A DNA stretch of 64,000 bases from contig RDOB01000004.1 of the NCBI GenBank assembly GCA_011364965.1, positions 424,769 to 488,768 on the forward strand, written 5' to 3'. Positions 21,976-32,412 of this stretch are shown piece after piece (position 1 is the first letter of the stretch; each line of letters opens with the position of its first letter). The notes below the pieces were generated by a model that saw only the letters and a list, made by a program, of their open reading frames with translations, made no database searches and was not told where the DNA came from. The position numbers and the translations under genes are program-made. The stretch comes from Candidatus Heimdallarchaeota archaeon (GTDB lineage: Archaea; Asgardarchaeota; Heimdallarchaeia; Hodarchaeales; Hodarchaeaceae).

Positions 21976-22107
21976 ATGGATGAAAATGACATATTACTCG
22001 CTGGATTTAAAGGAAATCTTCTTGAAGGAATTTTGGCCGTAATTGGTGCTTTCATTCTTGAATTTGTAATGAATTCATCAGTTACTTATCACCAGAGAAA
22101 TCAATAA
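21976..22107 (+). CDS. Putative 43-aa single-TM small protein
   Basis: GTGAT RBS-like motif before the ATG; MDENDILLAGFKGNLLEGILAVIGAFILEFVMNSSVTYHQRNQ. Confidence 0.3.
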   Translation: MDENDILLAGFKGNLLEGILAVIGAFILEFVMNSSVTYHQRNQ

Positions 22108-22140
22108 TATTTAATTATATTTCGGATGAGAGAAAGAGGA

Positions 22141-22215
22141 ACAGGGACTTATTTTAAATGTGGAATCAGCAATATGTGTCATAATTACCTCGTCAGATGT
22201 GAAACTAGAACTTAT
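22141..22215 (-). repeat. Degenerate inverted copy of the dispersed repeat
   Basis: Reverse complement reads ttcta...atctgacgagg...ttccacattt..aataagtccct. Confidence 0.4.
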
Positions 22216-22269
22216 GCATTTTCCCTATGGTTACCCCTCCTGTGGAGAGATAATATCTTTATACACTAT

Positions 22270-22671
22270 TCAGGGAAACAAGGGAACTAAATAGAATTGA
22301 TAGACGGCCTGCGCGAGGATCGCACAAATTATTGCAATGCTAAAACTGGACAGGGTTCCAATAAGGTAATACTCAGCAAAATCCTGTTTTTCAAGTTGTT
22401 TAAATCGAGCCATGGATTTGGCAGCTAAAACAAAAGAAATAGCACTATACTGATTTAGCAGGCCGAGTGTGAGGATGATGGTTCGTTCTAAAATCCCAAC
22501 AATAATCCCTGCTCCATGTATTCCCTCAGTTGGAGTTACAGATTCTGATTTTTTGTTGGTTCGTAAAACCTTCAAAATTAAACCTACGACTAATATACCC
22601 CCCCCAACCACAATTAGATAAACTCCCAGTAAATAAATTGCCACTATTTCTATTGGTACCATACGGTTCAC
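22270..22671 (-). CDS. DUF3307/SatE-like membrane protein (short form)
   Basis: GIIVGILER...AAKSMARFKQL...AEYYLIGTLSSF. Confidence 0.75.
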   Translation of the reverse strand: MNRMVPIEIVAIYLLGVYLIVVGGGILVVGLILKVLRTNKKSESVTPTEGIHGAGIIVGILERTIILTLGLLNQYSAISFVLAAKSMARFKQLEKQDFAEYYLIGTLSSFSIAIICAILAQAVYQFYLVPLFP

Positions 22672-23001
22672 ACTGTTGGATGTTTAATAGGGATATACAA
22701 GATGATTCAAGGTATGAATCCCCATTGAAGCAGACTCCCATTGTGCACTTTTAAGAATATTGTAAACGGCCTGTTTAGTAATGAATTTTTCAGCTGTCGA
22801 TTTGAGCAGTTCCCCAATTTTTTCATAGGTAAGACCCTGACGTCTATGCTGGATCACTTCCCTCTGTCTTTCAGTTCAGCTAGACTTGATGGTTTCAAGC
22901 AAAATCCAACTAGTATTGACAAGAAGATCAAATTGAGTCGAAGTGGATTGTACCAAAAGAACATAATTATTCTCTTTAGCATATTGTGTAAGGTTTATAT
23001 T

Positions 23002-23133
23002 AGTCAATTAAATTCGATTGACTTGGCGAGAAATTTCTAATAAAATGACATTTCCAGTTTAAAAAATTATTTACAGTCAAGAAATATGATATTATATATA
23101 CAATACGAACAAGTCAATATTTAAATATTTACT
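23002..23133. promoter_or_regulatory. Two 22-bp palindromic operators AGTCAAT-N8-ATT(G/T)ACT between the DUF3307 gene and satD
   Basis: AGTCAATtaaattcgATTGACT (23002-23023) and AGTCAATatttaaatATTTACT (23112-23133); half-site at 23075. Confidence 0.6.
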
Positions 23134-23189
23134 AACGAAAAAAATATAAAAGATGCTTCTTTCAAAAGAATCAGTGGATGTGAGAATTA

Positions 23190-24161
23190 GTGTATATTAT
23201 CATGACAGGCGATATCGTGAAATCAAGGAAAATTAAAAATCGAGTTGACGCACAACATCAATTGAAAAAGACTCTACAAACAATTAATCAAGAATACAAA
23301 TTGCAATTAGAAGCCCCGTTTGTAATTGTTTGGGGAGATTCGTTTCAAGGGGCAATTAAATCATTCAAATACACCTATGAAATATTAGAATCGATTTCTG
23401 AGCTTTTTCCGTATAAATTTCGATGTGGAATCGGAATCGGGGATATTTCAACCAGTTTTTCTACTAATGTATTAGAAATCGATGGTGAAGCGTTATTTAA
23501 TTCAAGATTTTCTTTAAAAGTGGCTACAGTATATAAGCTTGATTTCTGGATTCATTCTCCGAATATGGCATTCAATAAAACCTTGAACACGTTATTCTTA
23601 TTACTGTATACATTAACTAAACAATGGACGAATACTCAACGAGAAGTAATTGATCAACGAAAAAAGCAATTAACATATCAAGAGATCGGAGAACTACGAG
23701 GTGTTTCTAAGCAGGCGATTAATAATATTTTACGAAGCGCGAAGTGGCCTCAAATAGAATTGGCAAAACGATTACTTAGGTCAATAGATATCAATGATTT
23801 CAAAGATTCTAAGACAAATCTAGAAGAATTAATCTCTACCTCTTCCTTAGATTGGGACGAAACAAAAGAAATGAATGGTTTTGAATTTCATAATTGGTTA
23901 AGCGAAAAATTCGATATTCTCATGCTATCGACAACTCGTGATGGTGGATTAGATGGTATTCTTAGTACGGGTATTCCATGCCAAGTAAAGAAGGGGCATG
24001 TGGGACCGAAATCAGTTAGAGATTTTGCGTCTGTATTAAATGATTTAGAATCAAAAAAGGGGATTATTTTTGGAAAATCATTTTCAGAGGAGGCTAGAAA
24101 ATATTCTGTTTTTAAATTAAAGGATCAAGGTATAGAGATCAAGCTAATTGAATTTCAATAA
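23190..24161 (+). CDS. satD: SatD-family protein (cyclase-like domain + HTH) fused to a C-terminal Mrr-like endonuclease domain
   Basis: MTGDIVKSR, WGDSFQG, CGIGIG, DGEA; HTH TYQEIGELRGVSKQAIN; C-terminal DGGLDG..CQVKK..VRDF..FSEEA. Confidence 0.8.
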   Translation: MYIIMTGDIVKSRKIKNRVDAQHQLKKTLQTINQEYKLQLEAPFVIVWGDSFQGAIKSFKYTYEILESISELFPYKFRCGIGIGDISTSFSTNVLEIDGEALFNSRFSLKVATVYKLDFWIHSPNMAFNKTLNTLFLLLYTLTKQWTNTQREVIDQRKKQLTYQEIGELRGVSKQAINNILRSAKWPQIELAKRLLRSIDINDFKDSKTNLEELISTSSLDWDETKEMNGFEFHNWLSEKFDILMLSTTRDGGLDGILSTGIPCQVKKGHVGPKSVRDFASVLNDLESKKGIIFGKSFSEEARKYSVFKLKDQGIEIKLIEFQ

Positions 24162-24417
24162 TGAGTAGTTTTGATAGATAAATCAACTGAATAAAGTTAA
24201 CGTCTTACCATATAATTAGGTGAGAAGTTCGAGGATTAATACATCTAAAAAGGAGGGAGAAAAATAGAGAAGGAAAGAAGAAGAATTATAATACCTAATA
24301 GGTAGAAAAATCCCATTAATGGCTGAAAGAACCCCAACCAGCGTAAATAATTGTTTATCCCGATTTCTATCTGAGGTAAATTTTGCACCAAGTTGTTAAG
24401 AAATTCTTGAACAAGGA

Positions 24418-24996
24418 TTAAAAATGAATAATGAATTCACAGGTCTTAGCTCCTGAAATAATGGATTGAACCAATTCGATATCGACCGATTGGTAAAGCG
24501 CAGTTTCAAACAATTGTTTATACCAGCCAATAGAGCAATAACAATAGGTCTTGGTTAAAAATTTCTCCTCTGTCTGTTTAACCTGGCCACAGTAACATTT
24601 GTTGTAGCCACCAGTAATCGTATGCGCATCTTTAAGGAGTAATCGGCCACCCCCTATTCCATTCTTGTTCAATTTCTCAAGAAATTCAGGAATGTTGTTA
24701 GATTCTCCCATGAGAGTTTTAACTCGTTTTCGAGTAGTTGTCCCACAACACATTCGTCCACACGATTCCATGATTTTTTGGCCATTCTCGGCTCCAAGTT
24801 CGATTTCCAATCGTTTAATAGCGCCTTTAATCCAGCTAGCTTTGATACGATTATTAGAGGTCGAGGTATATACGTGGGCATCTTTCATAATGCGAAATAC
24901 AACAGTGTTAGACGTTTCTTGTTGCAGGATTTTCGCGAAGCGACCAATTCTGCCTGTTTTAGGGAGTTGACTGAATTCTTGGGTTTTTGGGGACAT
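24418..24996 (-). CDS. DUF6144-like Cys-rich protein (V4R/4VR-like)
   Basis: CGRMC, CYC, YCYCSIGW, SIISGAKTCEF. Confidence 0.65.
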   Translation of the reverse strand: MSPKTQEFSQLPKTGRIGRFAKILQQETSNTVVFRIMKDAHVYTSTSNNRIKASWIKGAIKRLEIELGAENGQKIMESCGRMCCGTTTRKRVKTLMGESNNIPEFLEKLNKNGIGGGRLLLKDAHTITGGYNKCYCGQVKQTEEKFLTKTYCYCSIGWYKQLFETALYQSVDIELVQSIISGAKTCEFIIHF

Positions 24997-25512
24997 CAGA
25001 TGATCACTTACAAACCGGTTTCAATTACCACAGCACTAATACATTTCAGTTCTATATAATATTTTCTTGAAGTTCTGGATTCGAATTTTTTTTCCTAAAT
25101 GGGGAAATGATAAGCTTATAGAAAAGAAAAAACCAGACTGAGAGAATAATAGGATTTAGGGAGCATTGCCAATCGTTAAGGAGTAAATGAGGAAGATCCT
25201 GAGAATATTCTGGTACCCAAATCCCAGCGATATAAGGGATTGCAGAGATAAAGAAGACTGATCAAGCAAAGAAAAGCAAGGGGATGACGATAAATGCTCC
25301 AACATCCCAGTAGGATGAACGCGCATAGTAGAATAAGAGATCATTAACATAAAATTAGCCATTTAAAGTATACTAGGCAATTAATAGTTTTAAGTTATGA
25401 AAAAACCGTAAATTCAGCTATAATATTTCACACGGGGTCTTCTCTTAATTCTGTTCAAAATTAATAATTAAGGAGAACATCATCAATATAAATCCTCTCT
25501 GGATTGAGACTC

Positions 25513-27018
25513 TCATTTTTGGGAAAAACGATACCCACAGGTAATACAAAAGCTGGAATTCTCGATTCGATTGGTTCCACAAGTTGGACAAAACCTAATA
25601 GGAGAAATAATCTCTTCCTTCATAGCTACAGTAGGAGTTTCAACTTCTATTTCAGGTCTCATTTGTGATTCAGTTCTCAATTGTTGCCTGCAATTCGGAC
25701 ATGATGAAGAATGTTTAGAAAGGATTTGAGAACAGCGGGGACACCGGGAATAACTCCACTGGACAGTGGATTTTCTAAAACGAAGCTCAATGACAAGATA
25801 GTATAAAATAAATCCCCCCATAACGAAACCTACAAAAAAAGTTACAGACGAATATTGCATGCTTTCTTTGACTATAGAATTTAATCCTTTATCCATCAGG
25901 AACGAAATAAATGTCGCAAATACAAGCGATAGCCCTAGAAGGAAGGTAAGAAGAATAGAATTGGGTTGTCGGGGTAAAATTTTTTGAAAGTGAATTCTCT
26001 CTGTCACTAAAGCGATTAAAAATAGACAGAGATAACTGTATAGAAGGATTAGAAAGATATGGTTTTCAGAACTTGATTCGAAAAAACCAAGGATCAATAC
26101 TGGGAGTAAGATAAACCCAAAACAAGCAATAGTTGCCCAAATCAGAAAATTTGAATATGAAAAAGGAGTAGAAATATTAAAATTACAATTAGGGCACCAG
26201 TTTTGTGTAATGAGAAGTTTCTTTGAACAGTGAGGGCACCAGATCTCTTCGTGAATAGGGTTCAAGCGCCATAAGCGTTTAGAAAGCGCTATATGAGGTT
26301 TCACCCATGTGATCATTAATAAAAATACTAATAACTTCTGGAAGAAGGATCTTTCGTTAGAGAGGACTTTAGTATACTTTTGAAGAATCTTAACATATTC
26401 ATTGGTTAGATTAAACGCAAAATTGTCTGCGTTGTGTATTTGCCTCATCTCGTTTATTCCATTACGAGCGATGAGAATATAGTTAATAAAAAGCCAAACG
26501 AGCAATGGAAATTGAAGATCAAATTGACCCCCTCTAAGAGGCGCGAATAAACTAATTACTAAAATTAGGAATAAAATATCTAAAATTATAAGAACTAGGA
26601 AAGATCGATAAAAGGACATTTTTCGGAGAGTTATCCTTTTAAGATGTTTAACTAGTAAGATTTTGTAAATAAGAAATCCCAGCATCCCTTTTCGATCAAC
26701 AGAGGAAAAAGGTTCAGAGAAAAAGCGAGAGGAGATTAATAAGGTAGATTTCTCAAACTTGTTGTTTATCATTGAGGCTTTATCAAGAAAAATCATTTGA
26801 GGAATAGAGGAAGAATAAATTTTGATATCTAGATCTGCTAGTTCTTTTTGTTGAAGGAGCTCCTGAAGGTTCGCAAGAGAGAGGACCTCACTGGGTTCGA
26901 TTATTTCATATTGTATTCGATATAAACGTGCATTTAGGTAGAAATTCACAAACCACATAACAATAGTTGTAATAGCGTATCCTTCAAGAAAAATAATGAA
27001 GTAGTCGATCAGACTCAT
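25513..27018 (-). CDS. Membrane protein with degenerate M48-like region and three double zinc ribbons
   Basis: TM segments; ADNFA and HIALSKRL (M48-like, no HExxH); CPHC/CPNC, CPRC/CPNC, CPTC/CITC. Confidence 0.6.
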   Translation of the reverse strand: MSLIDYFIIFLEGYAITTIVMWFVNFYLNARLYRIQYEIIEPSEVLSLANLQELLQQKELADLDIKIYSSSIPQMIFLDKASMINNKFEKSTLLISSRFFSEPFSSVDRKGMLGFLIYKILLVKHLKRITLRKMSFYRSFLVLIILDILFLILVISLFAPLRGGQFDLQFPLLVWLFINYILIARNGINEMRQIHNADNFAFNLTNEYVKILQKYTKVLSNERSFFQKLLVFLLMITWVKPHIALSKRLWRLNPIHEEIWCPHCSKKLLITQNWCPNCNFNISTPFSYSNFLIWATIACFGFILLPVLILGFFESSSENHIFLILLYSYLCLFLIALVTERIHFQKILPRQPNSILLTFLLGLSLVFATFISFLMDKGLNSIVKESMQYSSVTFFVGFVMGGFILYYLVIELRFRKSTVQWSYSRCPRCSQILSKHSSSCPNCRQQLRTESQMRPEIEVETPTVAMKEEIISPIRFCPTCGTNRIENSSFCITCGYRFSQK

Positions 27019-27088
27019 ATTTTACCCCTGAAGTTCACAAACTGCGTCAAGCTTTATAAACTCTTAGAGAGAAAAAGAAAATCCATTA

Positions 27089-27180
27089 TACTGCTTCTAT
27101 AAATATGAACCATTTTTTTCTATTTTCAACAGCTCTTTCTTAATACGTTTCCCTAGCAAACAGACATTAGATCAAGCAAG
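27089..27180 (+). repeat. Partial copies of the dispersed repeat (H)
   Basis: tactgcttctataaatat and cagacattagatcaagc match two conserved blocks. Confidence 0.45.
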
Positions 27181-27540
27181 AACTGCTGTAATGGAGTATT
27201 AAGAAATACATTTTAAACATATTTTCCTTCATAATTGGCGTTTTTAAGCCATAAAAACTGGAAAAAAGCTGAAAACAAAGATAAAACTTCTTTATGAATA
27301 TTTAGGTAGTAGTTCAAAACGCGCATCATTATGACGCTCACGGGTAGCTAAGGCATTTTTTTGTAAAGACAAGAAGAATTTCCTGAGAGCGCGGGAGATC
27401 AGTTTCAGCATTGAATTCAAAATAATCAAAACTGGTGTCAGGTTCTCCAATAAGGACAATTTTCAAGAGATTTTCATTCTCAGAAGCCTGTTCAAAACAC
27501 TACTTCAGCAGCTTTATTGAAAAATAATTTACTTTCAATT

Positions 27541-27677
27541 ATTATTGCTTTAATATATTTCATTCCTTTTGCTATTGGATAAAAATGGAAGAAAAGGAAT
27601 TAATCAAACGATTCGGAGAAGAACATCGAAAATATATTAAAAAAACCCATGTTTTTTCCCATATCGTAAAAATATAA
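27541..27677 (+). pseudogene. C-terminal remnant of an ICMT-family protein
   Basis: WIKMEEKELIKRFGEEHRKYIKKT resembles the ICMT C-terminus; no upstream ORF. Confidence 0.55.
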
Positions 27678-27753
27678 GAAATTCATGGGATTTCCATTTT
27701 CTAGAGGAGAAAATTGAAAAAACTGTATCTCTGAAAGGCAATAAAAAGAGTTT

Positions 27754-28755
27754 TTAATCATATGGAGTGTGATCATAAGGAAAGGGAATGAGGGGTTTAT
27801 TATCTAGAATATTTTCGATTTCTTCCAAATCTTCTTGAGATAAAGAGAACTGTACGGACTGTGTATTTTCAATGATTTGAGAAGAGGTTGATGCACCTGT
27901 AATCGCAGATGTAATTTGAGGTTGCCGAAGAATCCAAGCTAGAGATAATTGGGATTGATACATCTTAAGTTCTGAAGCTAGGGTTGATAATCTAACTAAT
28001 TTTGATCGAAGATTATTTTTTTCAAGTATTTCTTGAAATCTTTTAGCTCTTTCTTCAGTTTGACCTCCCCGACTAGTAGAAGGGATATTTTTATTATATT
28101 TTCCTGTTAAAATCCCATAATAAAGTGGTGACCAAACCACAATACCCATTTCATAACGTTTGCAAATATCTATTACCTCGTTTTCGATATATCTGTCAAT
28201 CATATTATATCGAGGTTGTTCAACACTTGGCAAAGCCAAATTATGTTCCTTTGCGACACATATTATCCTTTCAAGCTCAGCAGCCGTAAAAATCGATGTC
28301 CCCCAATAATGAATCTTCCCTTGTGTAATCAGATCATCCATAGTACGAACAGTTTCCAAAAGATTAGTCCTTAAATCATATGAATGGCAAAAGTAAATAT
28401 CCAGATAATCTAGAGAAAACCGAGTCAAAGAATTCTCGATTGATTCTTTTATATGTTTTCGGCCTAATCCACGATTATTAACATTTTTACTCATTTCCCA
28501 ATAAACCTTAGAACTAATGACCAAATCTTTTCGTGAAACTACCTCGTCCTTAAGGAAGCTTCCAATAATCTCCTCTGCTTTTCCAGTAGCATATATATCT
28601 GCGCAATCAAAGAAATTGATTCCATTCTCGACAGCTGTTATCATACATTTCTTCGAAGCCTCTTCATCTATACTTTCTCCATAAGTCATCCAAGAGCCCA
28701 AAGCAATTTCACTTAAAAATAATCCTGTACTACCCATGCGTCTATATTTCATCAT
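27754..28755 (-). CDS. Aldo/keto reductase (Kv-beta/Tas-like)
   Basis: GINFFDCADIY, SSKV, LDYLDIYFCH, WSPL, QLSLAW. Confidence 0.92.
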   Translation of the reverse strand: MMKYRRMGSTGLFLSEIALGSWMTYGESIDEEASKKCMITAVENGINFFDCADIYATGKAEEIIGSFLKDEVVSRKDLVISSKVYWEMSKNVNNRGLGRKHIKESIENSLTRFSLDYLDIYFCHSYDLRTNLLETVRTMDDLITQGKIHYWGTSIFTAAELERIICVAKEHNLALPSVEQPRYNMIDRYIENEVIDICKRYEMGIVVWSPLYYGILTGKYNKNIPSTSRGGQTEERAKRFQEILEKNNLRSKLVRLSTLASELKMYQSQLSLAWILRQPQITSAITGASTSSQIIENTQSVQFSLSQEDLEEIENILDNKPLIPFPYDHTPYD

Positions 28756-28914
28756 TACTCTTCCTAAAACATAAATTGATAAATTAAATTAAATTTAACA
28801 ATTATGGTTAATGGTTCGCAATGCTAGTATTTATAATTTACCTCACTGGTAATTGATCAACCTTCATATACAAAAATTTAAATAAGCAGAGTTATAGTTT
28901 ATAATGAACAGTAA

Positions 28915-29574
28915 ATGCATCAAGAACCAGATCAGACACAGGATTTCATCACATATGAACCTGAGATAGTTAAATATCTCACGGAAGATCAGATAAAGTT
29001 AGTAAATGAGTACGATAGAATTATCAAAGCATTAAAGAATAAATACTTGACTGTTAAAGAAATTCACGAACTTTATTTTAATTTCGACTTAAAAAAGTAT
29101 AGATACAGTTTGAAAACCATCTATAAACATCTTGATAAGCTAGATAAACATGGACTTGTTAAAATCGCAGGTTATAGAGCGGTCAAAGGAAAAAGAGTGT
29201 CTGAAAAGATCTATACTCGAACAGCTCATTTATTTTATCCAATGTTTATTACCAAACCATCCAAAGAAGAGGAGGAAAAGCACTGGCATAATGCAAATGG
29301 AATTTATCATATATTATCTTATTTAATGAAGAAACAAAATATACCTTCAGGTCAAAAGGAACAATTTTTCGATTTCTATGGCCATTTTCAAAAAATAAAA
29401 TTTAATATCCTCCTTGAGATCTTGGAATCCCTAACAAGTAATATGGAGATTGCTGCTTTCCTTAGTTCCATCAGTGTAGATGAAGTAAATGATGTTAATG
29501 ATATTATTACAATTTTAGCTTACTTCATTCGGTTCCCTGAGATGTTAGAGCAATTAAAAGGCATTTTTATTTGA
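28915..29574 (+). CDS. Winged-helix (ArsR-like) transcriptional regulator
   Basis: LTVKEI..KTIYKHLDKLDKHGLV..EKIYTRTA; divergent from the aldo/keto reductase. Confidence 0.7.
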   Translation: MHQEPDQTQDFITYEPEIVKYLTEDQIKLVNEYDRIIKALKNKYLTVKEIHELYFNFDLKKYRYSLKTIYKHLDKLDKHGLVKIAGYRAVKGKRVSEKIYTRTAHLFYPMFITKPSKEEEEKHWHNANGIYHILSYLMKKQNIPSGQKEQFFDFYGHFQKIKFNILLEILESLTSNMEIAAFLSSISVDEVNDVNDIITILAYFIRFPEMLEQLKGIFI

Positions 29575-29809
29575 AAAATTTACCCTATTTACTTCTCAAA
29601 ACCCTTTAATAAAGGAATATCAAGCTTTTTCTTTGAATAAAATGTTAGTTTAAAACTTCAATATAAATCGATACTCCCAAATTCCTATCTTAATACTAAG
29701 GTCCTAATCAATATAAATTATTGCCAATTTTTTTTTTCACCTTTGAAAAATCTTTTTTTCAAAAAAAAATATAAGAAATGAAATTTCTAATCTATTTGGT
29801 GATAAAAAT

Positions 29810-30364
29810 ATGTCCATTCCCTCGGAAAGTGTGATTATTAAGGCCATTTCACATGATATTAGACGAGAGATTTTAAGAATGGTTAATATCGAACCACGAA
29901 AATTTACTGATCTTTTAAACTTTTTTGATATTTCAACAGGAAAATTAAATTATCATCTAAACCAGATTCAGGGTTTTATAATGAAAAATGAAGAGACGTC
30001 ACTCTATGGAATTTCTTCGTTGGGTTTGAAAGCTCTTGAAATACTGGATATGATTAATCAAGATATTCAAGATACAGATCAGTCATTATTGAAAAAAGCT
30101 TTTATCTCTCAAAAAGAAGCAAGTAGTCCGTTAGCTCTTCAAGGAATAAACATTAGTATTGGAATGATCTGTTTTTTTATTATAATTCATATTTTATTAT
30201 CAATTATTGTCATCACTGATCCAAAGACTCCATTTATTGTTCCTTTTTTATTGGCAGCAATATTAATTGGAGAAGTATTAATTTTAATATGGCTTTTTAG
30301 GATAAAAAAATCAATCCCAACCTTCTTAAACCGTTTTTTTAAACATTTGAATGAAAATCAATAA
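29810..30364 (+). CDS. Membrane-anchored winged-helix regulator
   Basis: KAISHDIRREIL..STGKLNYHLNQI followed by two C-terminal TM segments. Confidence 0.75.
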   Translation: MSIPSESVIIKAISHDIRREILRMVNIEPRKFTDLLNFFDISTGKLNYHLNQIQGFIMKNEETSLYGISSLGLKALEILDMINQDIQDTDQSLLKKAFISQKEASSPLALQGINISIGMICFFIIIHILLSIIVITDPKTPFIVPFLLAAILIGEVLILIWLFRIKKSIPTFLNRFFKHLNENQ

Positions 30365-30399
30365 TAATTTAGATTATTGAGATAAGTGAGAACACTAAT

Positions 30400-31158
30400 A
30401 TGCAAAAAATTCGCTTTAGAAAGAGAAAAATCTCAATAGAAAGTTATTTCTCTTTATTACTCATTTTCTTTATGTTATTGCCTATCGTACCTCTTATAGC
30501 GTTTATTAATATGTTTGCTCATGAGGGTGGTCATGGCTTGGTAATAGTACCAGCTATCATCATTAATCAGGAAATTCCAGGTGTTCCCACGGAAGGAATG
30601 CAAGAAAATCCATTTAAAAAATTTCCAATGGGTATATTCTCATTGATTCTAGCGTTTCCTTTGGGCATTATAGCAAATGGAGTTTTATTATATCTTGCTA
30701 TTAAAAATATATTATTAATTAGGAATTATGAATCAATAAAAGAATTAATCCAGTTCTCAATTCTATTATCATTCTCGATTCTTAATTTCAGCGCCATATT
30801 AACCAATTTTTTCGGATCTGATTTTGCATTCCTTGTTAAAGATATTTTACAGGTTCCTATTGAGGAACAGTGGTTTAAATATACGTTACGTATCATTTCA
30901 TATTTAGTTTTTCCAATCCTCTTAACAATCCTCCAAGATTTGGAGCTCGAAAAAATACTAATTATTATTGTTGCTACATATTTATCGAATCAGATTACAG
31001 TTGAGCTAATTGTCCCTTTGGTCACACCACTGTTAATGGTTAACTTTTGGTGGCTGTTTATCATTGGATTGCCAGTATTAATTATTGTAATGTTGTTTCT
31101 AATTAAGAATCTTGAATTATTACAAGATAGGAGGAGTGAGGATTTGGGAATGACATGA
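30400..31158 (+). CDS. Membrane protein with HExxH, M50-like metallopeptidase candidate
   Basis: AHEGGHG at the end of the first TM region; downstream NFFGSDF. Confidence 0.55.
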   Translation: MQKIRFRKRKISIESYFSLLLIFFMLLPIVPLIAFINMFAHEGGHGLVIVPAIIINQEIPGVPTEGMQENPFKKFPMGIFSLILAFPLGIIANGVLLYLAIKNILLIRNYESIKELIQFSILLSFSILNFSAILTNFFGSDFAFLVKDILQVPIEEQWFKYTLRIISYLVFPILLTILQDLELEKILIIIVATYLSNQITVELIVPLVTPLLMVNFWWLFIIGLPVLIIVMLFLIKNLELLQDRRSEDLGMT

Positions 31159-31276
31159 TTACAGGAGACTTCAATTATGATAATTTCGTGTATCAAGTTA
31201 TAAAAAGGTTACAAATTTGACATAAGAAATTATATAGATTTTTATTCATGAAATATAAAGCAGAAGTTGATAAAAC

Positions 31277-32047
31277 ATGACAATAATCCAAGTAAATGAT
31301 ATTAATATGTATTACGAGATGATTGGAGAAGGTTCCCCTCTATTATTTATTGGAGGTTTAGGATCAAGTTGTCGTAACTGGGATTATCAAATGCAAGCGT
31401 TTTCAAACAATTTCAAGGTTATTACCTTTGATTTACGAGGACACGGAGAAACGGATAAGCCTGAAGGACCTTATACAATATCTTTATTTACAAAAGATGT
31501 CGCAGAATTAATTAAATTCTTAAAATCTTATCCTGTCCATGTTGTAGGCCTTTCCATGGGTGCTATAATAGGATTTAAACTAGCAATTGATTATCCTCAA
31601 CTTATTAAAACACTTACAGTGGTAAATATGGGTACTTCGTTTGAAAAAAAATGGTATTATTTATTTTTAATAGGTCTAAAGCTATTAGGTGTTAAAAAAT
31701 TTGCTAAAGTTGTAGGACCAAAACTATTTATAAAAACAGAACACAAAGAAATAGCACAAAAATGGATGGAAAGATTTTCGAAGAATGATAAGAAAATCTT
31801 GCTATATTCATTAAAAGCATTGAAGAATTGGGATATTACTAACCAACTTCCCAGAATTCAATGTCCAACTCTAGTGATTAGTTCTGATAGAGATCAAACA
31901 CCTTTAAAATCGAAAAAAAGATGTGTTGCCTTGATACCAGACGCAAAACTCATTATTATAGAAGATGCTGGTCATGTATTACCAATGGAAAAACCAGAGA
32001 AATTTAATGAGATTCTTGATGAATTTATATCAAATAAAAAATTCTAA
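31277..32047 (+). CDS. Alpha/beta hydrolase (enol-lactonase-like)
   Basis: DLRGHG, GLSMG nucleophile motif, AGH. Confidence 0.9.
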   Translation: MTIIQVNDINMYYEMIGEGSPLLFIGGLGSSCRNWDYQMQAFSNNFKVITFDLRGHGETDKPEGPYTISLFTKDVAELIKFLKSYPVHVVGLSMGAIIGFKLAIDYPQLIKTLTVVNMGTSFEKKWYYLFLIGLKLLGVKKFAKVVGPKLFIKTEHKEIAQKWMERFSKNDKKILLYSLKALKNWDITNQLPRIQCPTLVISSDRDQTPLKSKKRCVALIPDAKLIIIEDAGHVLPMEKPEKFNEILDEFISNKKF

Positions 32048-32412
32048 ATAAGTAGATTCTTTCATATCCATTTTGCATTAAATAGGTTATGAATTTCGTC
32101 ACAAATTTTCTATCTTCCCTTATTTAGATGAACTGGAGTAATGAATGTAAAGTCAACCTTGGCCTCATCTGATAGATCATTTTTTAGAAAAGGCTTTTTT
32201 CTTTTAATAATGGAATTGTAGTGAAATTCTTCTTTTTTTCCTAGTTTCATTTTTTCTGAGAAAGTCCAGAAAATTAAAGGAAGATAAGTTTACCCAATGC
32301 ACTCCAATAGAAACTAACCTCCAAATTTTGTGAAAGTTTATAAAAGAAGATGAGTCTATAGGATTTACTTAAGATTTTTAGGAAGGAAAACTTAAAGTGA
32401 GGAAATGGGAAG

